64,000 bases of DNA, from the NCBI GenBank assembly GCA_046351325.1, contig JAXLYR010000002.1, positions 560,334-624,333 on the forward strand, read 5' to 3'. This document shows, piece by piece, positions 18,818 to 28,200 of the stretch. Below the pieces are notes generated by a model. It ran no database searches. It saw only the letters and a list, made by a program, of their open reading frames with translations, and had not been told where the DNA came from. Source of the DNA: Polyangiaceae bacterium. GTDB lineage: Bacteria; Myxococcota_A; Polyangia; Polyangiales; Polyangiaceae. Each line of letters begins with the position of its first letter. Position 1 is the first letter of the stretch. Position numbers and translations under genes: made by a program.

Positions 18818-20802
18818 GACGCGTCCTCCGCGGGGAGCCCGTAGAACTCGCGCGCCTCGGCCGAGATGCCCTTCACGAGCTCGTCGCGGACGGTCGCGTC
18901 CACCGCGAGCTCGGCGTGGGGGACCTGGCTCAGCTTGACGAAACGCTCGGAGAGCGGGCTCGAGACGAGCTCGTCCGGCGGACACGCTGACAAGAGTGGA
19001 ACCGCGCCGTCGCCCCAGAACGCCGCGCCCGTGGCGTCGGGTGTAGCGGGCGGGGTCGCGAACGGTGGGGTCGGCAGATACGACCACACGATGGAGTTCG
19101 CGTCGTAGCTCGAGCGGACGTCGAGGCATGCGAGGGTGCCCCCCGACTCGACAGCAATGTCCGAGGTCGCGTACGCGCTCGTCCGCGGGTGCACGTACGC
19201 GCGCGGCTTGATCTTGACCGCCGCTCTGTCCGCGGGCCGCTCGTCGAGCCTCTTCTTGAGCGCGGTCATGGCGTCCGTCTGCGTCTTGCTGTTTGCGACC
19301 GCGCGCCCGGCGGCCTCCGTGAAGGCTGCGGTCAGCGTCTCGGGCGCGGGCATCGATGGATTGAGCGTCAAGCTGTCCTCGAACCTCCGCGCGAGATCGA
19401 GCCCGAGCTTCGACAGGGGACGCAGGTCGACCCGATCGAGTAGGCCTACAAAGATGTCATTGTAAAGCGCGACCGGGTTCCGACTATTGATGAAGTGCTT
19501 GAGGATACGCTCCATAATGGCCTGTATGCGGGCCCCCAATCGATAGGCCTCTCGCGCGACCTTGCCCTCGGGGATCGTCATGAGCCCGATGAACGCCTCG
19601 GCGAACGTCTCCTTGTTCGCGCGCGTCAGCCTCGTGTCCTGCTCGACCGAAGCGGACGAGCGGGCGCGCTCCTCGGCCCGCGCGATCTCCGCGCCGAACA
19701 CCTGGATCCACGGGTTCTCCCCCGAGGTGGGCTTGTCGTGGATGGTCGTCGGGTCGAGCGGCGTCGGCAGCATCACGACATAGCCGCGCTGCGGATACGC
19801 CGTGTGCCACGGGTCGAAGCGCATCCAATGGCGCTCTCGGTCGCAATAGATGGCGTGGGGCATCGACTGGAAGATCGAGGGCATCGCGCGGAGGAACGCG
19901 ACAGTCTCGGCCCGCGTGAGACAGCGCCCCGCGCCGTGGACGAGCAACATATACAAGAGTGTCAGGTAGCCGACGTTCGCGACGCCGCCGCTCGCCGCGG
20001 TCGCGATCGCCGCCGCGATGTTGCCCGCGTCGGTGAGCGCTCCCTGCACGGTCGCGGCGACGTCGTCTTCCTCCTCGGGGTCGACGTGGAAATAGTCCTT
20101 CACGTAGGCGCCGGGGAGGCCATGTTTGAGGTGTACGAACATCTCGGGCGCGCCCAAGATCGGCGAGCCCAAGAGGTGCATCGCGAAGATCTTCGGCTCG
20201 CCGGCGAGCACGCGGCTGTAATAGCGAGCGACGCTACCGCCCATTCCGTGCGCGACGAGGACACATTGGGACTCTCCTGTCTCGGCGAGCACGCGGTCCA
20301 CGTATTGGGAGAGCCGCGCGGCCGACTTGCAGAGGTCGAGTCGCCAGTCGTATCCGAAGCAGTAGACCCTCACCCCGAGATCCAGCTCGGGGTGGTCTTT
20401 GCTCAACCTGTCTGTAAGCGATACGAGCAGATCCTCGAGGAGCAAGTCGTAGAAGGGCAGGACCAGCGCGCCGAGGTCGATGGGCTGATCGATGCGCTCG
20501 ACGGGCGCCTCGGCGTGGTGATCGACGACCTTTTCGGGGTCCGAGCGGTCGTAGAAGTCAGTCGCGGGCACGAGCTCGGTCGGCTCGAGCAGGCGGCCGT
20601 ATTGAATGACGAACGGCCCGCTCGTCGCGATCGTCATGGGGAAGCCGCTCGGGTTCCAGACGAGCTGGTCCGTCCCGGGGTCCTTGAGCCTCGTCATGAA
20701 GAGGTCCGGGATCACCACGACAGGCAGGAGGCGCCGCCGCAGGCCGAGCCGCACGCGCCGCCCCCCGCTCCGCTCGATCGTCCCTGACAAGATGCCGCTC
20801 AT
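18814..20802 (-). CDS. T6SS cargo effector candidate: LCAT/PGAP1-like alpha/beta-hydrolase lipase with Ser to Gly at the canonical nucleophile
   Basis: LCAT-family landmarks FGYDWRLD and LLGSPILGAPEM (cf. LGAPWGGS). Nucleophile elbow reads VLVAHGMGGSV rather than GHSxG. Sits 12 bp overlapped with, or downstream of, vgrG. Confidence 0.6.
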   Translation of the reverse strand: MSGILSGTIERSGGRRVRLGLRRRLLPVVVIPDLFMTRLKDPGTDQLVWNPSGFPMTIATSGPFVIQYGRLLEPTELVPATDFYDRSDPEKVVDHHAEAPVERIDQPIDLGALVLPFYDLLLEDLLVSLTDRLSKDHPELDLGVRVYCFGYDWRLDLCKSAARLSQYVDRVLAETGESQCVLVAHGMGGSVARYYSRVLAGEPKIFAMHLLGSPILGAPEMFVHLKHGLPGAYVKDYFHVDPEEEDDVAATVQGALTDAGNIAAAIATAASGGVANVGYLTLLYMLLVHGAGRCLTRAETVAFLRAMPSIFQSMPHAIYCDRERHWMRFDPWHTAYPQRGYVVMLPTPLDPTTIHDKPTSGENPWIQVFGAEIARAEERARSSASVEQDTRLTRANKETFAEAFIGLMTIPEGKVAREAYRLGARIQAIMERILKHFINSRNPVALYNDIFVGLLDRVDLRPLSKLGLDLARRFEDSLTLNPSMPAPETLTAAFTEAAGRAVANSKTQTDAMTALKKRLDERPADRAAVKIKPRAYVHPRTSAYATSDIAVESGGTLACLDVRSSYDANSIVWSYLPTPPFATPPATPDATGAAFWGDGAVPLLSACPPDELVSSPLSERFVKLSQVPHAELAVDATVRDELVKGISAEAREFYGLPAEDAS

Positions 20803-20814
20803 GGTCGTGCTCCC

Positions 20815-23800
20815 TCAGCTCCGGTAGGTCGTTGGGTCGAGGGCCTTCTCGGTCGCGCCGCCTTGGATGAGCTCGCCGCTCGGCGCGAGGCCCTGATCAC
20901 GCTGGTAGAGCGCGAGCGCTGCGACGTTCGCGGCGTCGGACGCGAGGGCTGCCTGCGCGCCCTTCTTCTCGAGCGGCGGCTCGATGGCCCGCGGGCTCGC
21001 GGGGTAGCCCAAGTTGAGGAGGCGCTGGCGCGTACCCTCCGCGGACTCGAGCGCGGCAAGTTCGTCAACCAGCTTGACGGACCACACGAGCGGCGCGTCG
21101 AAGAGGCGGTCGTCGGGCGCGACTTGATCGACGAAGAGGACCAAGGTCCCGCGCTCCTCCTTCAGGAGATCGCTCGGCACAGTGAGATCCGCGAGGCCGT
21201 CGTCGTCGGTCTCGCCGGCGAAGACCTGCGCGCGGAGCGTGAGCTCGAACCGCGTCTTCTTGAACGGGAGGAGACCGTGGTGGAGCGCGAGCTTGAGGGT
21301 CTCGGTCTTGGGCTCGCTGCTCTCTTCGCTCGCGTCGCTCGCGCTCGCGTTCGCCGAGCCGCTATCGAGCTTCACCGCTGGGGACTGGACGGTCGCGGCG
21401 TTCGCAGCTTTGAGCGTGGCCGAGTCCTTCTCGAGGACGAACGACGTCGACTGCGTCTCGAGCTTGAGCTTGGTGAGCGCCGAGCTCGCGACCCCCTCGT
21501 CGCTGAAGCTGAGCTCCTCGGTCTTGCGGCCCAGGGTGAGTTTGTCGTCCGCGTGGAGGTCGACGGTCTTCGCGGCTCGAATGACAACCTTGTCACTCGA
21601 GAGCGTGATCGTGTCCTTCGTGAGCTCGAGGAAGCTCGCGCCGCACGAGAGGCGCACCGTCGCGCCGTCTTTGTCCGTCAGCGTCGTCAGCTCGATCCGC
21701 TCGGTCGCGGTCGTGAGGACGCTGCCTTGTACGAACGTCGCGAGACGTCGCGCGGTCGGCGCGCCCTGGCCGACCTCGAGCGAGGCGTCGCCGAAGACGA
21801 TCTCGGTCGCGTCGCCCCCGACGGCGCGGTGACGCTCCCTCTTCACGCGCTCGAACGACACGCCGTCGACCTCGCGCGAGGCGCTGCCCCCGACGTGCTC
21901 GTCGAGGTTCTGCGCGACGTCGACGATGCGCCGCCCCTCCACCCTGATGACGGACGCGCCGCCAACAAGCTCGGTCGCGTCGCCGCCGCTCACCGCGAGG
22001 CGCGCGCCCTCCACGTCGCTCTCGAGCGTGCCGACGACGCGCTCTCGTCGGTCGCCGAGCACCGTCGTCGAGTGCGTGTCGGTGACGATCTCCTCGAGGT
22101 CCTTCTGGGCGTGCAAGAAGACCCGCTCGCAGCCCTGCGTGTCGTCGAACGAGAGCTCGTTGAAGCCGTCCCCGGTCGGGATCGACTGCGTGCGGAGCCC
22201 TGATTTGCCGAGCTGCTCGGGCAGCACGAACGGCAGCGGGTGGGTCGCGTTGTAGAGCGCCCCCATCACGAAGGGTCGGTCTGGGTCGCCGCCGACGAAC
22301 GCGACGACGACCTCCATCCCGACGCGCGGGAAGAACTGGAAGCCGAAGCCAGTGCCGGCCCACGGCTGCACGACACGCAGCCAATAGGAGGAGCGCTCGT
22401 CGTAGCGTCCTTGTCGGTCCCAATGGAATTGCACCTTCACCCGGCCGAGCCTGTCGACGAAGAGCGGCTTGCCAGGCGGGCCGACGACGACCGCAGTCTC
22501 GGGCGCGGCGGCGCGCAAGCGCTCAGGCGGCTCTGGACGATAGGCCACGTCCGCGGCGACCCACTCGAACGTGTTCGCGTATCCGGGCGCCCCGGACTGG
22601 GCTCCTGAGTTGACTTCGCAGTAAGCCGAATGGGTCACTCTGACAGGCGTGTAATCGCCCTCTTCGAAGGTTCGCGGCGTGCGGAGCCAATGCACCTTGT
22701 GACCCGGGAGGAGCCGCGGACAGTCGGACGCTCCCGACACGATGCGCGCGCGCCTGCGGTGCTGTTCGAGCGTCGCGCCCGCGAGGTCGGCCGTGAGGTC
22801 GGGTTTGTCATATTCACCGTGGTGCTCGTAGACCTCGAGCAGCGCCTGCGCGGCGAGGGCCGGCGCCTCGTGGAGCGAGCTCTCGGCTTTGTGGATTTGC
22901 AGCGGCTTGCGGTAGTCGCGGTCGCGGATCTCGACGCGCTGGACGGCCGCGGCCCGCCGCGCGACGACCGCTCGGATCGCGCGTGGCGCGCGTGGCTCGG
23001 CGCCGCTCGGTGCGCTCGACTCTACCCAATAGAGCTCGTCGCGCTGCGGAGCAGGCTCGGTTGCGGTCGAGAGCCCAGCCATCGCGTGAATCGGCGCCTC
23101 ATAATGGAGCGGGTCCAATCGCGCTGTGCCGCGGTGGCGCGTCGACCGGAATCGCTCGGCCGGTGCGTCCTCTCCCGCAGCGCCCGTCTCGGTCATATCG
23201 TCGTAGCCGTCGTCCCGAATGACGAGGACATCACAAGGGTGCGAAATCGAGGGTCCGCGGCCCTCGAAGATCCGCGACCTCGGGTCTTCAGGCTCTTCCT
23301 CGAGCGTCGAAAACACCATATCGGCGAACATGTTCGCTTGCCCCGCTTGGGCGTTCGAGCCGCCGGCGAACTGCGCCGACCCACCCGCAGCCGGCCCGGC
23401 CGCCGCACCTGCGCCGCCGCCAATTCCGAGCGCGACGCCCGCGGCGACGACGATGTCGGGCGGCTCGGGGATGGGGTCACCGCGACCGACGTGCTCCTCG
23501 ACGTGTTCGTAATACCAATAGACGCCAGCCTCGGCGAGGAGCCGGGTGACGAACTGCCAATCCGTCTCCTCGTATTGGGTCGTATACGGCCTGCGCTTAT
23601 AGGTCCTGTGGAGCGCGAGTCTGTGCGGTACGCCCGCGGTAGAGAGCACGCGGCTCACCACGTCGTGGAGGTGCATCGCTTGGAAGGACTGGGTGTTCTT
23701 GCGCAGGGTCGCGACGTGGGTGTGCGGGCGTATCTCGAGCTTGAGCACGAGCGGGAGAGCACAGTCGCCCGGTGCGAGCTCGACCGCCGTCACGATGCCG

Positions 23801-24012
23801 CTGCGCGGGACGCCGGCCACGTGCATGGAGAACGTCGCGGCGACGCCGAGCAGGTCGTGCGCGAGCGTGTCCACGTCGGCAGGGTGGTCGACCGGCGCGT
23901 GCCTCAGCTCGATGGTAAAAAGAAAGGGCTCGTTCACGGCCTCCACCCCCGAGATGGAGGTGATGGACCAATCGTCGAGTTGGTACGCGGCGTCGTGGAG
24001 CTCGAGGTGCAT
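20815..24012 (-). CDS. vgrG: VgrG spike protein with a C-terminal extension containing a peptidoglycan-binding-like (PG_binding_1-like) module
   Basis: N-terminal gp27-like region (TDWQFVTRLLAEAGVYWYYEH) and gp5-like beta-helix. C-terminal RQRLLNLGYP…AANVAALALYQRDQGLAPSGELIQGGATEKAL. Confidence 0.8.
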   Translation of the reverse strand: MHLELHDAAYQLDDWSITSISGVEAVNEPFLFTIELRHAPVDHPADVDTLAHDLLGVAATFSMHVAGVPRSGIVTAVELAPGDCALPLVLKLEIRPHTHVATLRKNTQSFQAMHLHDVVSRVLSTAGVPHRLALHRTYKRRPYTTQYEETDWQFVTRLLAEAGVYWYYEHVEEHVGRGDPIPEPPDIVVAAGVALGIGGGAGAAAGPAAGGSAQFAGGSNAQAGQANMFADMVFSTLEEEPEDPRSRIFEGRGPSISHPCDVLVIRDDGYDDMTETGAAGEDAPAERFRSTRHRGTARLDPLHYEAPIHAMAGLSTATEPAPQRDELYWVESSAPSGAEPRAPRAIRAVVARRAAAVQRVEIRDRDYRKPLQIHKAESSLHEAPALAAQALLEVYEHHGEYDKPDLTADLAGATLEQHRRRARIVSGASDCPRLLPGHKVHWLRTPRTFEEGDYTPVRVTHSAYCEVNSGAQSGAPGYANTFEWVAADVAYRPEPPERLRAAAPETAVVVGPPGKPLFVDRLGRVKVQFHWDRQGRYDERSSYWLRVVQPWAGTGFGFQFFPRVGMEVVVAFVGGDPDRPFVMGALYNATHPLPFVLPEQLGKSGLRTQSIPTGDGFNELSFDDTQGCERVFLHAQKDLEEIVTDTHSTTVLGDRRERVVGTLESDVEGARLAVSGGDATELVGGASVIRVEGRRIVDVAQNLDEHVGGSASREVDGVSFERVKRERHRAVGGDATEIVFGDASLEVGQGAPTARRLATFVQGSVLTTATERIELTTLTDKDGATVRLSCGASFLELTKDTITLSSDKVVIRAAKTVDLHADDKLTLGRKTEELSFSDEGVASSALTKLKLETQSTSFVLEKDSATLKAANAATVQSPAVKLDSGSANASASDASEESSEPKTETLKLALHHGLLPFKKTRFELTLRAQVFAGETDDDGLADLTVPSDLLKEERGTLVLFVDQVAPDDRLFDAPLVWSVKLVDELAALESAEGTRQRLLNLGYPASPRAIEPPLEKKGAQAALASDAANVAALALYQRDQGLAPSGELIQGGATEKALDPTTYRS

Positions 24013-24039
24013 GGGAGGGTCCCTTCGCTTACAGTCGTG

Positions 24040-25161
24040 TCAAGGTTTGGCGCGCTCGCGCAGGGCCCTCACGCGGTCGTCGAGCGCGCTCAGGAACCTG
24101 CGCTGCAGGGCGGGGTCCCGCATGAACATCGTGGCGAAATGCACGCGAACGGCCTCTCGCGCGGCGCTCGTGGTGAGGCCGTAGTCAGCCCACGCCTCCG
24201 CCGACAGATCGCCGTCGACGAGCAATTGCGCGCGGATCGCGACGTAGTCGTCGAGGCTGGTTTGTGGCAGCGCGAGCGTCTCGTCAGCGGGGTCGCGCGG
24301 CGCAGTGCTCTCGCGGACTGGAGTCCCAAACATCTCGGCGACGACCGCGCGCGGCGTCGTACCCCCGAATGGCAAGGCCGGGCGCGGCGCGAGCGGCGCG
24401 GCGATCGGGACTGTCGCGTCCGCAAAATCCTGAACTTGCTTTATCGACAATAAAGGAACCCTCGATTCGGTCGTGTTCGTCGACAGGGCACCGAGAGGGG
24501 CCGCGAGCTCGCGCGGCGCCGACAGGCCTCGTTTCGTCGCCAAGGCCATTTCGAGGATCGCGAAGCGAGCGTCGTCGTCGTCGTGCTCCGCGCCGCGCGC
24601 GTGGGCCTGAATCAGCCATCCGTCGCCGAGCCGCGTCTGTGTGGCTCCGCGCGGGAGCGGCTCCGGCACGGGGCGAAGGCGGTAGTTGAGCCATCCGAAG
24701 GGCAGGTGCCTTTGTTCGAAGGGGCGAATCGTCGCCGCGTCGAGCTGCCCTTCTTCGACCCACTCGCGGAGGAGCTCGGCCCACGGGATCGGGCCGCAAT
24801 GGACGAGCGCCTCGAGGCTCAGGCCCGGCTGTGTGGTTGCGACGCGAGAAGCAAAGACGATGTCCACGCGCCCTTCGACCGACTTGGGATCACCCTCGGT
24901 CGAGAACGACAGGCGCGCAGATGGCTGACCCGTGCGCGCCCCGGCCGCGCTCGGACTGCGCGGTGACAGGACGAGCGGCTCTCTCAGGGCGCGCGAGAGC
25001 ACTCCGAGCCAGGTCGAGGCGAGCGTCGCGGCCTGCTCGATGTCGAGGGGGCGCGTATGGCGACTGAGCTCCAGTTGAATCCTGCTCACGGCAGGGGAGT
25101 CGACGGGCGCTCCGAGCCGGTGACAGCCCTTCGTTGGGCGTCTCGCTCGACGAGCTGTCAC
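24040..25161 (-). CDS. Hypothetical protein immediately upstream of vgrG (possible T6SS accessory or adaptor)
   Basis: Ends 27 bp before vgrG. Protein-like composition. No motif that I can name. Confidence 0.4.
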   Translation of the reverse strand: MTARRARRPTKGCHRLGAPVDSPAVSRIQLELSRHTRPLDIEQAATLASTWLGVLSRALREPLVLSPRSPSAAGARTGQPSARLSFSTEGDPKSVEGRVDIVFASRVATTQPGLSLEALVHCGPIPWAELLREWVEEGQLDAATIRPFEQRHLPFGWLNYRLRPVPEPLPRGATQTRLGDGWLIQAHARGAEHDDDDARFAILEMALATKRGLSAPRELAAPLGALSTNTTESRVPLLSIKQVQDFADATVPIAAPLAPRPALPFGGTTPRAVVAEMFGTPVRESTAPRDPADETLALPQTSLDDYVAIRAQLLVDGDLSAEAWADYGLTTSAAREAVRVHFATMFMRDPALQRRFLSALDDRVRALRERAKP

Positions 25162-25229
25162 GGCTCTTGCTTGGCTCGGATCGGCTCGCCGTCCGCGAAT
25201 TGTCTGCGGACCGGATTTGGAGGGCTGCC

Positions 25230-28200
25230 ATGCTCGCTCGTCGCGCGCTTCTCTTGCCGGCTCGTGTGTTCGGACTGGTGGCTTTGCTGTCCAGTTGTGA
25301 AGAGAACGACTCCAATGCGCCCGACGCGCAGCCGAGCGCAGCGGTTGCGGCGCCGAGCGCGATGCCTGCGCCGAGGCCCGAGCTCCAAGCTGTCCCGGAG
25401 GGCGCCCCCATCTTCACGCGCACGGCCGCGGGGTGGACGGCGCTCGGCGCATCCCTGAGCGTGACCGTCGATGACAGTGACGTCAGCCTCACCTCGGAGC
25501 AGGCCACGCTCCATGTGGAGACGGAGCAGATGGGCCGTGGTGAGGACGCAGCGGTCGGCGCCCGTGAGGTGCACGAGAGACCCGACGGGGCGGTCGCGAT
25601 CGCTTACAGCAGTGTAGAGGAAATCTGGCGCGCGAGCGACACCTCCGCGGAGCAGAGCTTTCATTTCGCCGAGGTCCCCGAGGGCGCTGGGGATTGGACG
25701 GTTCGACTCGGCGTTTCAGGGTTGGAGCGCGCCTCCGCAGGGGAGGGGGGCGTCGTCTTCGAGGGGGCTGACGGCGCGTTCTTCCGCTATGGCGTCGCGA
25801 CCTGGGTCGACGCGCTCGGGGCCCGAACGACCATCGTGCCGAGCTACGAGGCAGGTCGCATCGTCCTGCGCGTGCCCGAGGCCTTGCTCGAATCGAGCGC
25901 GTACCCCGCAGTCCTCGACCCGGTCATTACCCCGCTGTCGGAGCTCGACGTGGGGAACCCTGGCGCCGGCCCCAACTTGGATCGCTTCGGCCCTGGAAAG
26001 TGGGCCGCGTGCGGCGCGTCGCGCTGCCTCATCGCGATTCGCCCGACGAGCGGGGTGAGCTTGCTCATTTGGACCGAGCTCGACGGCGGTCCGATCGGCG
26101 GCGGCGCTTATGCCCCAATCCCGACTCCCACGGTCGCTGGCGTCGGCTATGACAGCGGGCGCTTCACCGTCCTCACCCAGCCGTCGACCGCCGTGCTCCA
26201 CCTCACTCGTTATGACGAGAGCGGCGCCACAGTGGGCGGCTTCGACGCGGTCACCACCAACAACACCAAGTTCAACCCGGCCATCAACTGTGGCCACGGC
26301 TTCTGCCTCCTCACCTGGGTACAAGACAGTTTGCCCGGCCCCAGCTTCGCCGCGCGCGTGATGGCGGACGACTCGTTGCCCGACTTCCTCGGCTTCCCAC
26401 TGATCCCCTACACTGTGCGGCGCGTGACGGCAGCGATTGGCCCCACGCAGATGGCGGTCCAATTCGATAGCTCCTCGATCAGCCGCTACAACCACGACAC
26501 GACGTACATCGACTCGGGTGGGTCGTACACGGCAAACCCCGACACGATTGTAGGCACAGTCGTCGCGGGACCGAGCGCGTTCGTGTTCTCGACCGAGAAG
26601 TTCGTCTGGGCGCTCGACTACTCCTGGGTTCCGCTCCCGATGTCGGCGTCCGCTCGAGTCCTTTGCGATGCAGGGAGCGTCGATGGCTTCCAGTACTACT
26701 ATCCTGGGGATACCGGCCTGACCTACGCGAGTGATCGCCTCTTCATGGCGGTGGTGAGGGACCCCGACCCGAACGGCTACGTCCTCGCCAACAATGTCCT
26801 CATTGGTGCACAAGACCCGGCGTTTGTCGCGTGTCTCACCTCGGACGGCTACCAGTCCCTCGCGCAGAACCTCCTCGCCAAACAGAGCCGACCCGTCCTC
26901 GTGACCTCGGGGACCGACGCGCTCGCGCTCTTCCAACACGCCGACATGCGGCTGAAAGAGCTCGACACGGTCCGCGTGCGCCGGTTTGGCGCGACAGGGC
27001 CGACAGGCCCTGAGTACGTCCTCACCCAACACCAGGCTGTCCAATTTCGCCCGGCGCTCGCGTCCGACGGCGCTGGTTACATGGCTGTCTGGACCGAGGC
27101 CCGACTCGGCGGCTTCGCCGTCATGGCGCTGCCGCTCGACGGTCTCGGGAGCCCGACAGCGTCCCCGCGCCTCTTGGATTTCAACCAGGCCGGTCCCATC
27201 GAGACTGGTGCCTTCCCGCAAACCATAGAGCGGACCCCGAGCGTCGCTTGGAATGGCTCGCGCTACATCGTCGGCTGGAGTCGCTTCGACCCTGACGCGC
27301 CTTCGAGCCAATGGGTGGTACGGCTCGACTCGACTGGCAACCCGCTCGATCCGGCGCCCATCCGTGTGAGCCCAATCGACACGGTCACGCGCAACGAGGC
27401 GATCGTCGCCTCGAACGGTGCTGTGGATTTGGTCGGGTTTCACACCTCCACCGGGGAGTTTCGCGTCTATCGCCTCGGCGCGAGCGGCGCCCCGCTCGAG
27501 TCGCAAGGCATCTATCTCGGGGGCGGCGCGGGCACGGCTGTCGACGCCGCGTGGGACGGGACGCGGTTCTTCGTCGCGAGCAGCGCAGGGCTACATCGGC
27601 TGAGCGCGGCGGGGACGCTGCTCGAGGCCAACGTCTTTGGTCCGGCCCTCGCGGGGCCGCGGCTCGCGTGCTCGCCGACGGCGTGCCTCGTCGTCCACGC
27701 GCAGGCGCGTCTCTTCGCTGGCGACTCGAGCGCGATCGGTGGCGCGATCACCTACGCAACGGGGACTCCGAGCGAGTGGTCGGCGACTTACAATGGTGTA
27801 GACTATGTCGTCGCTTACACGGACGCGTCCGGCACGCTGTGGGGGCGCACGCTGTCGTCCGCCGGCGTCCCCCAGGGCTCGAGCCCGTTCCTCGTCCTGA
27901 GCGGACAGAACAGTCAGCCTGCTGTGGCGAGTCGTGGAGACGGCACCGCCATCGTCCTCACTGCCCGCCGCGACGGGACCTCGCCCTCGGGTCGACTCCG
28001 GATCTTCTCGGGGCGCATCGAGGCGTCTCTGTCGCTCGGTCAGGCCTGCTCGACGAACGACGATTGTGGCTCGCAATATTGCGTAGACGGGGTCTGCTGC
28101 AACTCGCTTTGCGGCGCAGGTGCCGCGGATTGCCAGGGCTGCAGCGTCGCGACTGGCGCGCTCACCAATGGGACCTGCAGGGTATATTCCGCGAGCTCGG

